Assembly: GCA_039028615.1 (NCBI GenBank)
Contig: JBCCHT010000001.1
Location: forward strand, 160,001-224,000
Direction of reading: 5' to 3'
Origin: Myxococcota bacterium
GTDB taxonomy: Bacteria; Myxococcota_A; Polyangia; Nannocystales; Nannocystaceae
DNA length: 64,000 nucleotides
The position numbers and the translations under genes were made by a program. Of the stretch, positions 1 through 10,331 are shown one piece after another; position 1 is the first letter of the stretch, and each line of letters starts with the position of its first letter. The notes below the pieces were generated by a model. The model made no database searches, was not told the DNA's origin, and worked only from the letters and a program-made list of their open reading frames with translations.

Positions 1-2
1 CC

Positions 3-830
3 AGCCAGACCCAGGTACGTGGGGGCAGCCTGGCGATGGGCCAAGCCAAAAGCCGAGGCCAGTCGCACTCAAGCAGCAGCAGCCACGGTCAGTCTTGGGG
101 TCAATTCGAGGGCGAGGGGCTCTCGCTGGCGGTGGGCTATGACCCGGCTTTGGGAGCTGCGCTCGCCCGCGATCATCGCTCCTCCAGCCAGGGGGCATCA
201 CGGGGGCATTCCAGCACCCAGAGCACGAGCTTGGCCCGAAGCTTCGGTCAGGCCGTCAGCCAGGTCATTTCCCAGGCCCAATCCCTCGCCGAAGGCCAGA
301 GCCTTGGCCAGGCGCGAAGCAACAGCGAGGGGCTCTCGCTGGGCCGCGGTGGGAGTCGCAGCCGAAGCCAGGGGCATTCCTTGGCGCAGGGTATCTCGCT
401 CGTCGAGTCCTGCATGCAGGGGTTTAGCCGTAGCTTCACCCAGGCCCAGGCCCGTGGCCTGACCGAGCAGGTCAGCCGCAGCCGCAGCCAAGGCCTGAGC
501 GTCACCCGAACCGTGAGCGAGGGAGACAGCACCGCCGAAGGCCATACCGAACGCGAAGAGCTGTACTCCGTGGCCGAGGAAGTGCAGCTCCGCGCCTATG
601 AGCTCTCGTGCCTGCCACCCCGGCAGGCCTGGGTGCTGCTGGGCGCCGGGGAGGCCCACAAGATCCGCACGCTCGAGGTGCCCGACCATTTCCCCTGCCG
701 CTGGGGCCCCCTCGATGGGCAGCAGCTCCTCGAATGCAGCACAGCTCCGCCTCCCTCCCCTCCCGAATCCCGCTTCCCACTCCTTGAACGAGAGCGCCGA
801 CGTCGGCCTGTCGGCCATGGCGACCCATGA
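3..830 (+). CDS. C-terminal part of a probable VirD4/TraD-like coupling protein with a Ser/Gly/Gln-rich tract (5' partial)
   Basis: Frame open from the window start. SxSxG-rich repeats followed by 'L..LPPRQAWV...IRTLEVP', typical of coupling-protein C-termini. ATGA overlap with the Replic_Relax gene. Confidence 0.55.
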   Translation, partial: SQTQVRGGSLAMGQAKSRGQSHSSSSSHGQSWGQFEGEGLSLAVGYDPALGAALARDHRSSSQGASRGHSSTQSTSLARSFGQAVSQVISQAQSLAEGQSLGQARSNSEGLSLGRGGSRSRSQGHSLAQGISLVESCMQGFSRSFTQAQARGLTEQVSRSRSQGLSVTRTVSEGDSTAEGHTEREELYSVAEEVQLRAYELSCLPPRQAWVLLGAGEAHKIRTLEVPDHFPCRWGPLDGQQLLECSTAPPPSPPESRFPLLERERRRRPVGHGDP

Positions 831-1894
831 GCGCTTCTTCCCTCACCAAGGCCATCAACTTGGCGAGCGGGGGGGCTGCCGGGCAGTCCCACGTGACCAG
901 ACGTGCCGGCACCGACACCCCGCGAAAACGGACCAGTGCTCGACCTTCGCCGGTGTCAGGGGGGATCTTGGCCGAGGGGGACATCGAGTTGATCCAAGCC
1001 CTCTACCGCTATCGTTACCTTCGCTCCGGGCAGCTTTCCAGGCTCACGGAGCGAAGTTCCCAAGTGATCCGGCGGCGGCTTCGTTGGCTCGCGGGGCAGG
1101 GCTACGTCCAGATGCTCGCGCGCGGCAAGGCCGAGCAGGCGGCCTACAGCCTGGCCCGGGGAGGTTTCGAGTTCGTGGCACATGCCAGCGGCGTGCCGGT
1201 CTCAGCGCTTCCGTTCTCGCGGAAGATCGATGAGAACAAAACCGCCTCGTTCTTCTGGCGTCACACGATGCTCGTCAACGACGTGGTGATCGCCTTCGAG
1301 CAAGCGCTCGAGGAGCATCCCCGGCTCGCTTTGGAAGAAGTCATCCAAGAATGGGAGCTGGCCGATCCTCGAGCCAAGGCGCACCATCGGCGGTTCCGCT
1401 TGTCCGAGCGTTTCGAGGAAGGGGGGCGCGTGCTCATCCATCGGCCAGATGCCTGCCTTCTGCTGCGCCCCCGAGGCGAAGACGGGGCGCCTCTGGTGGC
1501 GGCCTATCTTGAAGCCGATCGCGCCACTGAGCCCCTGCGCCGCATCCGAGGCAAGATCGAGGGGTTCTACGCCTACTGGCTTCGTGAGCGATTCGTGACC
1601 CTTCGCGCCACCAGCATGCGAGTGCTCTTCGTCTTGGGGAACGTCCGCACCGACAAACGCATCCGCTCGATGCAGCGAACCCTTGAGACCTTCGCGAAGG
1701 AACTAGCTACAAGGCGTGGCAACCACGAAGCCAAGCGCTTTGTTTCCCTCTTCCGGTTCGCGCGGGCCGGCGCACTCGGCCCGGGGGTCATCGATGAAGC
1801 GCTTTGGATGCGGGGACTTGAGCAGGTGCCCTCGCCCTTCTTGGCGAAGACCAACCCACAGCTCGAGTTGCCCTTCGAAAAGCCGGCAGCGTAG
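827..1894 (+). CDS. Replication-relaxation (Replic_Relax) family protein
   Basis: N-terminal wHTH-like segment (LYRYRYLRSGQL...RRRLRWL), HTMLVND, RPDA, YLEADRATE, KIEGFY and RVLFV motifs. Confidence 0.85.
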   Translation: MSASSLTKAINLASGGAAGQSHVTRRAGTDTPRKRTSARPSPVSGGILAEGDIELIQALYRYRYLRSGQLSRLTERSSQVIRRRLRWLAGQGYVQMLARGKAEQAAYSLARGGFEFVAHASGVPVSALPFSRKIDENKTASFFWRHTMLVNDVVIAFEQALEEHPRLALEEVIQEWELADPRAKAHHRRFRLSERFEEGGRVLIHRPDACLLLRPRGEDGAPLVAAYLEADRATEPLRRIRGKIEGFYAYWLRERFVTLRATSMRVLFVLGNVRTDKRIRSMQRTLETFAKELATRRGNHEAKRFVSLFRFARAGALGPGVIDEALWMRGLEQVPSPFLAKTNPQLELPFEKPAA

Positions 1895-2168
1895 TGGGGG
1901 TCATGCCGGTGGGTCTTTCCTGGTCCATGCGAAGGCGTCACCTGGCGCGCACCTTCATGCATGCTCGCCCAGCACACGCAGCCGCGCATCGTACCGTCCC
2001 CGCAGCCATCCGTACCAAGGCAACAAAAAATGCGAACGGGACATTCACGTCCTCGTTCGCATTCATGACGGCGGCAACCCAGCCGCCATGGGTATCCACC
2101 CCTCCGCCTGCGCCGACTCGAAGCCACTGGTTCCGGCCGTCTCGGCCGGTACCAGCAGGCGCTTCGAG

Positions 2169-2495
2169 CTATGCCGCCAGCGCCAACGGGGCGCAGGTCA
2201 GCGGCGACGGCTGGGGAGCAGCGGCGGCTCCCGAGGACCCCAGCGCAACACGAAGGATGCGCACTTCGGTGATCTTCAGGTCCTGCCTCATACGAGACCC
2301 AGCCTCTGCCAACGCAGCGTCCAAAGTGCGGGTAGCGTCCCGATGGACGACATCGCCGCCCACCAGCGAGACAACCCGAAAGCGGTCGAGGTGGGCTTCC
2401 TGCGACCGCTTGATTTTGGCTCGAGCACGGCGGCCTTCGCCCCATGCGTAGTTGACGCGATTTCTGATTACGAACTTCACTCTCGCTTGCTCCAT
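2169..2495 (-). CDS. Small hypothetical protein
   Basis: 108-aa ATG ORF directly behind an AT-rich palindromic region; no recognised domain. Confidence 0.4.
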   Translation of the reverse strand: MEQARVKFVIRNRVNYAWGEGRRARAKIKRSQEAHLDRFRVVSLVGGDVVHRDATRTLDAALAEAGSRMRQDLKITEVRILRVALGSSGAAAAPQPSPLTCAPLALAA

Positions 2496-2526
2496 CGCTC
2501 ACGCACGAACGTGAACATGAAATCAT

Positions 2527-2570
2527 AAAAGCAAATAGATTTGCTTTTTCAAAAGCAAGTTGATCAACTT
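2527..2570. promoter_or_regulatory. AT-rich palindromic operator-like sites
   Basis: AAAAGCAAAT-AG-ATTTGCTTTT (2527-2548) and perfect AAGTTGATCAACTT (2557-2570). Confidence 0.5.
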
Positions 2571-2596
2571 CTCGGTTTATCTAATGAAATCAGCAA

Positions 2597-4489
2597 TTAA
2601 AGCCATGCCTGCTCCACTCTGCGCACCAATTCAGCAACGTTCTCCGAGGGGAGCGCAAACAACGCCCAGAAGGAATCGTGCTGGTCGTCTCTACTGATCG
2701 CATACCGCGCACCATCGATGGCACCATCCATAAAACGGCTGCGGCCCTGAATAAAGTCGGTGACGCGAGCGGTTTCGTACTCGCCGTCGACCGTCGGAGC
2801 GAGCAAGAAACCCTGAGCACGACTGCCCTTACGCCGAACAACAACAATGTGCGTGCCTCCCTTGACCAAACGCAGCAAGGTTCGCCCGCGCCGAATCACC
2901 TCCTGCCCCTCGATCCGCACCGGCCCTCCAAGCTCCTGCTCAAGCTGGAGCCGAAGGGTCTCCAATAGCGCTTCGCGGCTCATCTCCGTGCCCCGGCCAA
3001 GCGCGTCGTGGATCTTCTCAAGGTGCTGAACCCGAAGCGGCAGGCCTTCTATGCCGGAGACATGCTCCTGAAGTAACCCCACCAAAGAATCGACGAAGCG
3101 TTCGGAGGCCTCGGGTTCCTGAGCGGGAACACCGGACAAGGCACGGGTGAGTTCCTCACGGGTACTGCCGACATCCCGCGCTTCGGCTCCTTCGGAAGAG
3201 GGTGAAACACCATCCAAGACCTCGTCGTTGGAGGATCCCTCATCAGGCCCCGGTGGTGTTCCGGGCAGATGGATCACCTTCGCAAGATTAGTTAGCTCAG
3301 CATCTCTAATTATATCAAAATTGCCATCACTGCGCAAGATCGCACGTTCCACAGCCGTAAGAACTGTTCCCTCCTGAACGAGGTAGACAGCAGACTGCTC
3401 CTTCAACCTCTGCCGAATCCGGTTCCCGTCCTCAGTCACCCTCTGCCGAAACCTCTCCGGGGTAGTGGGACCAATGGGATAGTCTAGTTCGGGCGCACCA
3501 CCGACTTCGACCGCATTGGTCCGATTGATCTGAGGCACTTCTGAGACCAGGATCTGCCGAACGCGAACGAAAGATGAAGGGTCGTCAGTGGCAAGCAAGT
3601 ACTGCCATTGGCCAAAGGCGACTTCATGGACAAGCATCATGCCTGTGACCCCCCAGTTACGAAGCAAGCTCCACCTGAGTTCCTCCCCCAGAGCGAGCTT
3701 TCCGAGTCGGCGATGAGTCGCAGCGACCCACCCCATCTCGCCAACGAAACGAGGGATATATCCCTCTGCCGACGTTTTTCGGTCGCAGCCAGGGTCGACG
3801 AGGGATACGACGGCCAAACGAACAGCCTGTGGCGCGGATTCGGCGGAAGGCCCCACTGTTTGTTCGTCGCAAATCACGACAGAGGGTTCCCCGCGAGTCA
3901 AGCCGCGCAAAATAACCAACTCGCTCCCATCGCTAACAGCGGAGGCAAGGGAGACAGATCTCCGAGCATGCTCCTGTTCATAGTCAGAGAAAGGCCTCCA
4001 AGGCTCAACTCGTACATCATGCCACTTCGCCCCGTCATATGCGCGACAAAGCCCCACCACTCCGCCGTAGGCGCATCGAACGATATCCGACAGACAGAGC
4101 TTCGAGACCACGGCTTCGTCACCCACAGCATAGGCCCCGGGGGGAAGGAACCCCCACATTTTTTCGGGAAAAGGACTCAACCGAATCGCGCCACCAGGAG
4201 TCGCCCGGTTCCAGTTGGTCACCCCAACCCCGAGCTGCTCCAAACAGTAGCGTCGATGTCCGTCAAGAAGCCGCTGTTCGTCCACCGTCAGAAGTGGTTT
4301 CTGTCCACGAATGCAGTCGAGCAAAGCCAACCGAGCAGCCGAAAGCTGATAGGCCATTCCAGCCGGGTTCAAGGACTTAAGTTCAGCGCGATCCTGCAAA
4401 GACAGTAGGAGTTTCTGAAGCTTCGGATTTTCCAAACGCCGACTGGTGCGAGCCGGCTTGAGAAGCGACAAATTGACCGTACCTACCAC
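2597..4489 (-). CDS. Hypothetical protein (630 aa)
   Basis: Long ORF with globular composition; start overlaps the stop of the upstream gene. Confidence 0.7.
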   Translation of the reverse strand: MVGTVNLSLLKPARTSRRLENPKLQKLLLSLQDRAELKSLNPAGMAYQLSAARLALLDCIRGQKPLLTVDEQRLLDGHRRYCLEQLGVGVTNWNRATPGGAIRLSPFPEKMWGFLPPGAYAVGDEAVVSKLCLSDIVRCAYGGVVGLCRAYDGAKWHDVRVEPWRPFSDYEQEHARRSVSLASAVSDGSELVILRGLTRGEPSVVICDEQTVGPSAESAPQAVRLAVVSLVDPGCDRKTSAEGYIPRFVGEMGWVAATHRRLGKLALGEELRWSLLRNWGVTGMMLVHEVAFGQWQYLLATDDPSSFVRVRQILVSEVPQINRTNAVEVGGAPELDYPIGPTTPERFRQRVTEDGNRIRQRLKEQSAVYLVQEGTVLTAVERAILRSDGNFDIIRDAELTNLAKVIHLPGTPPGPDEGSSNDEVLDGVSPSSEGAEARDVGSTREELTRALSGVPAQEPEASERFVDSLVGLLQEHVSGIEGLPLRVQHLEKIHDALGRGTEMSREALLETLRLQLEQELGGPVRIEGQEVIRRGRTLLRLVKGGTHIVVVRRKGSRAQGFLLAPTVDGEYETARVTDFIQGRSRFMDGAIDGARYAISRDDQHDSFWALFALPSENVAELVRRVEQAWL

Positions 4490-6477
4490 GACTCGCCCTC
4501 CTCGCGGTCAATTTCTCCGATCGAAGCCAGCATCAGCAGGTCGATGTGTCCAACTCTGGCAGCACTACGAACGGTGAATCCTCCAGAAACTACCGCAGAG
4601 CCCTCCAAGGGTGAGTCAGGAATCGCGAGCGGTAGGACCTCCGCGATCTGTTCTCGTTCTGCGTCATTACGTTGCGCCACTCTTTGGTGGCCCCCCTCCC
4701 CTTCAACGGAATGCTCTTTCGTGACTCGTTCACGATGCTCATGCTCATGCTCGGTATCAGGACCTTCGACGCGACTACCGACATCTGAAGAGCGAACGAA
4801 CGACTTCTCGGGCCGGGGTTCGTCGTGGGCCCCGGCGATATCGCCTGGAATTTGGTTCTCGTCCGTTGCAGCAGGATTCGGCACCGACAGATCAACTTGG
4901 TAAGAACCACTAGTCGGTTCATCAGGTTGAATGGGACCAGTAGGCTTGTCCCCAACGGTAGCGGGCTCCTGGTCTCCCCCATTCGATGGAGGTGGCATCA
5001 GTGACTGTACATCCACACCACTAAGCCAGCGGCGCAGTACGACATAGTCCGCAGGAGGGACCACCAACCCCAGCTGCTGCTGCCCCTCCAAGTGGAGCTG
5101 AAAGTCGTAGACCCAACACGACCGCCAAATCATCACGAGAACTGCGAAGAGCCCCACCAACATCAACAGGCTGAGAAACGTCCACCCTTCTGACCAAGGC
5201 AGACCCACAAGAAATAGTACCAGGAAAGCTATTCCAAACATTCCCTCGAACCACCGCCTTTTCCGAACTCGATGCCAGCGTACATCTGCTCGAGAGACAA
5301 TGACCCATTCCTCGCGCCTTCCCGTCGCAAATACTAGAAAGTCTGAATACAGCCTCAAGCCGAAAAGAGCCACATGAGGACCCGAACAAACCCTCTCAAC
5401 TTCCCTTTCGATCTTCTTCCCGCTATCGCCGCTCCCCAAGCGGCGGCCTTGGACAACAAAATACCTCCACCATCGTCGCAGGAATGTCTTCTTTGTTTTC
5501 TTCCATCCCCAAAGCATCAACTTGGCCAGGAAGTACTCAGTTTCATTGCCAGTGTACCTAGGTACCTGGTCAGAGCCATCTATCAGACCTTTGACGAAAT
5601 TGAGAAAATGCCCGACAAGGATCCAGCCAGCTACCAGGGCAAGAATCAGGAAGCACACGCTGACAAAGACAAATACAAGGGCGAACAGCGGAGGATCTTT
5701 GGGTTTAATCTTCGAGTCTCTGAACACCTCTTCCACCGCCAGGCTCAGCGTGTCGAGCCCGCGGGCCAGAGGAGCCCGTATGGAGCTATCGGTTAGATTC
5801 AGTGGTCCCTCGAGGCAGTAGTACTGAGCGCTCTCGCTGACGTACGCGAACGCCCCTTCGGGACCGACACCGCCAGGAGGGTCGAAATGGCGCGACTGGT
5901 GCTCTTCTACGACCATACGACGAGCACGAATCCCACATGGAGAATCGGCTTTAACGGCAGACATCGACAGACGAGGCCGATCAAACGGCTCCCGAATTTC
6001 CACCGGGTTGGGCCTGCACTCACCCGAAGGGCCAGATACTTGTGGCCAGTACCCGTTTAGGAGAAGGACATCCACGCCCTCGACTTGGCCGTGGCTTGCA
6101 AACGCCCCCTGTACGTCACCCTGGACTTCGGTCAGGGCCAAGACCACGGGAATAGGCAGAGGCTTGTCGACTTCAAGAACGAACCGCCCATCGCCGACAG
6201 CGATGGACCCCGTCGAACCAGCCTCAACCTTGGCCACGGCTCCATACTCGTGCTCGGGGAGCGCTTGCGAGCCACACGGATCTCCTGCACCAGGAGACTC
6301 GCTCTTCAGCGGCAACTCGACGTTTTCACTGATTTGCTCCGCCGTGTCGTGAATGCTCCAGACCATCCCTCCGACCAGCAGGACCAACACAACCAACGCA
6401 GCAAACGGTTGCCAAGAACTGGAGGTCGTGGAGCCGGCTGTGGGTTGCTCTTGCTTGGGAGGCTGGCTCATCGTCAT
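4483..6477 (-). CDS. Hypothetical multi-pass membrane protein
   Basis: N-terminal TM helix, extracytoplasmic domain, about three more TM helices, acidic/Pro-rich tail. Confidence 0.7.
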   Translation of the reverse strand: MTMSQPPKQEQPTAGSTTSSSWQPFAALVVLVLLVGGMVWSIHDTAEQISENVELPLKSESPGAGDPCGSQALPEHEYGAVAKVEAGSTGSIAVGDGRFVLEVDKPLPIPVVLALTEVQGDVQGAFASHGQVEGVDVLLLNGYWPQVSGPSGECRPNPVEIREPFDRPRLSMSAVKADSPCGIRARRMVVEEHQSRHFDPPGGVGPEGAFAYVSESAQYYCLEGPLNLTDSSIRAPLARGLDTLSLAVEEVFRDSKIKPKDPPLFALVFVFVSVCFLILALVAGWILVGHFLNFVKGLIDGSDQVPRYTGNETEYFLAKLMLWGWKKTKKTFLRRWWRYFVVQGRRLGSGDSGKKIEREVERVCSGPHVALFGLRLYSDFLVFATGRREEWVIVSRADVRWHRVRKRRWFEGMFGIAFLVLFLVGLPWSEGWTFLSLLMLVGLFAVLVMIWRSCWVYDFQLHLEGQQQLGLVVPPADYVVLRRWLSGVDVQSLMPPPSNGGDQEPATVGDKPTGPIQPDEPTSGSYQVDLSVPNPAATDENQIPGDIAGAHDEPRPEKSFVRSSDVGSRVEGPDTEHEHEHRERVTKEHSVEGEGGHQRVAQRNDAEREQIAEVLPLAIPDSPLEGSAVVSGGFTVRSAARVGHIDLLMLASIGEIDREEGESW

Positions 6478-6543
6478 CCGGGAGGCACCCGGCCCTCGAA
6501 AGGAGTGTGCCACCCAACCACTCAGGCGCGCGAGCTTGCCCTT

Positions 6544-6822
6544 TCAGGGTGCTTTCTTCGGCCGCCCTCGACCGGCACGCTCCAGCGCGGTGGGGGCAAA
6601 GAGCGCCCCGACCTCCACCTCGAGCTTGACGGCCAGGTCCACGAGCAAGTCAAAGCCCGGTGCCGAATCACCGCTCTCGATGAGCTGGAGGTGCCGAAGC
6701 TCGATCTCTAGCGTCTGCGCGAGTGCCGCCTGAGTCAGGCCTCGCCCCCGTCGCAAGCGGCTCACGTTTGCCGCAACCCACAGCCTCGCCTGGTGGGCGT
6801 TTTTGGACCGGCGACGAGGCAT
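6544..6822 (-). CDS. XRE-family HTH transcriptional regulator
   Basis: NVSRLRRGRGLTQAALA...HLQLIESG...LAVKLEV pattern with a GRGRPKK tail. Confidence 0.9.
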   Translation of the reverse strand: MPRRRSKNAHQARLWVAANVSRLRRGRGLTQAALAQTLEIELRHLQLIESGDSAPGFDLLVDLAVKLEVEVGALFAPTALERAGRGRPKKAP

Positions 6823-6857
6823 CGAGTCTAGAGGGCTATCGCCGCCTACAAAAGCTA

Positions 6858-6880
6858 AAAACGAAATATGATTTCGTTTT
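6858..6880. promoter_or_regulatory. Palindromic operator between the divergent XRE and MORN genes
   Basis: AAAACGAAAT-ATG-ATTTCGTTTT, perfect 10-bp arms. Confidence 0.6.
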
Positions 6881-6906
6881 AATCGAGAACTGCGGACCAT
6901 CACCGC

Positions 6907-8949
6907 ATGCCTCGGAAACCACTCCTCCGTGCCTCTAGCGCCCTACCCCGGGCTGCTGCTGCCTCGCTTCTTGCCCTGAACCTGGCCTGCACCCCCGCGG
7001 AAGAAACCCGAGTTCCCGGACCTGAGATCCCGCTTCGGCAATGGGAAGAGCAGGTCGAGGAGGACGGCGAGCTCGCTCTCGAACTGCTCGCTGCGCCCAG
7101 CCAGGCGCCAGGACACGTGGAGGGGCGCCTCTTCCGAGGACGGCTTTGCCAGGGCCTCGTCCACCAGGAGGTCAGCCGCACCGACCAGGTCCAGACGAAG
7201 GCGTCGGCTGGTGTGGGCACCCTGCTGGTGGGGATCGGAATGGCCGCCGTAGGCACTACGCTCGTCGCGACAGCCCCCTTGCGCCGAGGCACCCCTCGAG
7301 GAGATGCCCGGACGAGCCCTCGAACGAGGAGCTTCATTGCCGGAGGGGTCGGGCTCGCGTGGGGCGTGCCCATGGCGACCTGGTCCGGCGTCGAACTCAT
7401 CCGGGGACGTGAACGTGAAGTGACCGAGACCTACCAGGTCAGCCAACGGGTCGGCGAAGCTTCGCCCTGCGGCCAGGCCCCTGTCGCCGAAGCCAAGATC
7501 TGGTTCTCGGTCGACTCGCTGCCCATGACGCGCAGCTACGCTGCGACCACCGACGAGATCGGCCACTTTTCCTTCGACTTGATGTCCATCACCGATGGTC
7601 TGGTGCCCTCGGTGGATGCGGACGACGAAGCTCGTGAGCTACTTCTTGAGCAAGGCATCCACTTCCCCGTCGCCAAGCAGAGCACGCTGACGCTTTCGGT
7701 GGAGTACGAGGTGGGAGACCTGAAGCCGGTGGAGATCGATCTGGGCGACTGGTTCTCCGAGCCTGCCCGGCGGATCGCCGTGGCTTGCAACCCTCCACAG
7801 CCGGCCACGGCGTGCGAACAAGTCGTGGCCGAGCTCAGGGATGAGCACGCCGCAACCCCTCACGCCCTCGCTTTCTTGGCTCTGCTGGCCCTCACCCTGA
7901 GCCAGGAGATGCAAGGCACCTACAAAGGCGCCAGGCGCGAGGGACGACGCCATGGAAAGGGCACCGCCACCTACGCGGGGGGAAGGCGCTACGAAGGCCA
8001 GTGGAAAGAGGGGTGGCGCGAGGGCCGGGGCAGCTACAAAGATCCCGAGCGGTCCCTCGAGTACGTGGGCATGTGGAAGCAGGGGCGCCGCCAAGGAAAG
8101 GGGCTCCAGACAACGCCCGACTACCGCTACGAGGGGCAGTTCGAGGCTGACCAGATCAGCGGTCAGGGAACGATGACCTACGCCAGTGGGATCAAGCACC
8201 GAGGCCAATTCAAGGACGGTGTCCCCATGGGGCGAGGCGTCCGAACGCGCCCGAACGGGCTGATGCTTGAGGCCGAGTACGACGACCAGACCATCGTCAC
8301 GGGCAAGAATGCTCGAGTGCAGTGGCCCAGCGGTGTGGTCTGGGAAGGCGCCTGGAATGACACCCTCTCCGGAGGCCACTACTCCTTCACCAACCCCCAT
8401 CGGCGGTCTGCGAGCGAACTTTACGTCCAGGCCGGTCGATTGCTGGACGAGGGCGAGATCGACCATGCCAAGCTCATCCTTCGTTTCGTAGCGAAGTCCA
8501 ATCCCGGAAGCGAAGCGGCTCGCAGATCGGTAGATCGCCTAGCGGTACTAAGGCAGAGCGAGAAGGAGACGGCCCGAGAGCAGGAACAGCGCGAAGCTGA
8601 GCAGGAGGCCCTCGCCCGCCGGGAAGCGGAGGAAAGGGAGCAGGCCCAAGAAGCCGCCGAGCGCAGGCCCAGCGAGAGCACGAAGAGCGGCTGCGGCTTC
8701 GCCGCGAGCGCAACAAGTGCATGGCGGCCTGCGAAGGACTCAGCCGGGACGGCTTCGCCAGCCCCTGGGGCAAGTGCCGCCAGCGGTGTGAGGCGATTTG
8801 GTAGCATTCCCGTACCTCAAATCCGCCTGCATTTCGGAGGCAAACGACACGCGGGTCAGTCTTGTTATCATCAAATTCGCTATGCCAACCGAGGAAAAGG
8901 ACGTTCCCTCCGCCCCAGATCAACAGACGCAGCGAAGCACAATAGATGA
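6907..8949 (+). CDS. MORN-repeat lipoprotein; probable frameshift near 8663 (likely original stop at 8804)
   Basis: Lipobox-like LNLAC; repeated YxGxWxxGxRxGxG MORN units; TPR-like helices and coiled coil; a better C-terminus lies in the -1 frame. Confidence 0.8.
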   Translation: MPRKPLLRASSALPRAAAASLLALNLACTPAEETRVPGPEIPLRQWEEQVEEDGELALELLAAPSQAPGHVEGRLFRGRLCQGLVHQEVSRTDQVQTKASAGVGTLLVGIGMAAVGTTLVATAPLRRGTPRGDARTSPRTRSFIAGGVGLAWGVPMATWSGVELIRGREREVTETYQVSQRVGEASPCGQAPVAEAKIWFSVDSLPMTRSYAATTDEIGHFSFDLMSITDGLVPSVDADDEARELLLEQGIHFPVAKQSTLTLSVEYEVGDLKPVEIDLGDWFSEPARRIAVACNPPQPATACEQVVAELRDEHAATPHALAFLALLALTLSQEMQGTYKGARREGRRHGKGTATYAGGRRYEGQWKEGWREGRGSYKDPERSLEYVGMWKQGRRQGKGLQTTPDYRYEGQFEADQISGQGTMTYASGIKHRGQFKDGVPMGRGVRTRPNGLMLEAEYDDQTIVTGKNARVQWPSGVVWEGAWNDTLSGGHYSFTNPHRRSASELYVQAGRLLDEGEIDHAKLILRFVAKSNPGSEAARRSVDRLAVLRQSEKETAREQEQREAEQEALARREAEEREQAQEAAERRPSESTKSGCGFAASATSAWRPAKDSAGTASPAPGASAASGVRRFGSIPVPQIRLHFGGKRHAGQSCYHQIRYANRGKGRSLRPRSTDAAKHNR

Positions 8950-10318
8950 CCGCATGGATGCGCTCGGTAAAGAGCTGCACCAACAGAGACTTGAATTGCT
9001 CGAGCAGGAACACCGAATCACACACACAACCAAAAACGTACTCAATCACCTATTCGGAGATAAAGATCCGCAAACCAGCGAGCAAGAATGGAAGGAGCGT
9101 CAGCAAGCATCGATCAGAGCACTCCTATGGCGGTTTCTACTTCCACTACCAGCGGCAGCAGCAGGCATCAGCATTCTAAGCATAGCGGGACTCTATCTCG
9201 CCTGGCAGGCCAACGCCCTAATCGACACCCAAAACAATCAAATTGCAGCACAAACAGAAGCGGCGTCGAAACAGAATTCAATCACAGAAGCACAAAACGA
9301 CTTCCTGCACAGACAGAACGAACTAATCGCCCAGCAAACCAAGAAAATCGAGCTACAAATTGAGTTCGCAGAGAAGCAGGACCAAAAAATCCAGGATCAA
9401 ATCGACCTTTCGACTCAGCAAAACGAGCTACTACAGCAAGAACTAGGCCGAAATTACTTTGAACACAAGCGAAACCTAACCCAAATCATCTACCGAAGGC
9501 ACATATCGGGACAACGAACGTGCCCCCCACCGGCGCACAAGGGTTGTAAAAAGAGAGCATTCGCACTCATCTCAAGCAGTGATGAGCGAGGCCAAGCGGC
9601 GGTCGAACTAAGTCACCTAGAACAGGAGATGGGCACCGCGCTCATGCTCTACCAAACGGATCTTAGCAATTCGTCCCTAGTCCAAGGAAACTTTCGTTCA
9701 GCACAACTCCAACACAGCAACCTAGCCAACGCAGACATGGTAGGCACAGACCTCCATGGCGCGTTCCTCTCGAATTCGAACATGCATAGGATTGACCTTC
9801 ATGGCGCTGAGCTAGCAGAAGCGCACATACGTGGCGCGAATCTTCGATATGCAATCCTTCGGGTAGCAAACCTCGAGGGGGCAGATCTGGAAGAAGCCAA
9901 CCTCTCGCACTCACGATTCGACGGCGCAAACCTGGCGGGAGCAAAACTCCAGAACGCAACGATCACAGACGCAGACGGATACAATGCACAACTATCAAAC
10001 GCAGATCTAAGAGGCTCGAAATTCTCAGGAACAGACCTTGTATGCGCCGACCTTAGCTACGCAGATCTTTCAAACGCAGACCTATCCGGCGCCTTTCTCA
10101 AGGAGACAAAACTTGAGGAAGCGACATTCAACAACACAAAGTGCCCAGACGGAAGCCTAAGCACATCTCGCACCCCCCAAGACTGCCCCGCCACAACGTT
10201 CGGAACATTGCCAAAGGACGCGAAAACAGACGGAGCACATTGGCACAAATGGCTCCCCTGTCCTGATGGAGACTACTCGGGGCCGATGGTCGGCAACCCG
10301 AACATCTGGATTAGATAG
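8882..10318 (+). CDS. Membrane-anchored pentapeptide-repeat protein
   Basis: TM helix, Q/N-rich coiled coil, long A(D/N)Lxx array. Confidence 0.9.
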   Translation: MPTEEKDVPSAPDQQTQRSTIDDRMDALGKELHQQRLELLEQEHRITHTTKNVLNHLFGDKDPQTSEQEWKERQQASIRALLWRFLLPLPAAAAGISILSIAGLYLAWQANALIDTQNNQIAAQTEAASKQNSITEAQNDFLHRQNELIAQQTKKIELQIEFAEKQDQKIQDQIDLSTQQNELLQQELGRNYFEHKRNLTQIIYRRHISGQRTCPPPAHKGCKKRAFALISSSDERGQAAVELSHLEQEMGTALMLYQTDLSNSSLVQGNFRSAQLQHSNLANADMVGTDLHGAFLSNSNMHRIDLHGAELAEAHIRGANLRYAILRVANLEGADLEEANLSHSRFDGANLAGAKLQNATITDADGYNAQLSNADLRGSKFSGTDLVCADLSYADLSNADLSGAFLKETKLEEATFNNTKCPDGSLSTSRTPQDCPATTFGTLPKDAKTDGAHWHKWLPCPDGDYSGPMVGNPNIWIR

Positions 10319-10331
10319 TCTTCATCTTCGC

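Noticed and set aside
4735..4752. ATGCTC hexamer repeat
   Set aside because: Encodes EHEHEH in a disordered tail; no sign of phase variation.
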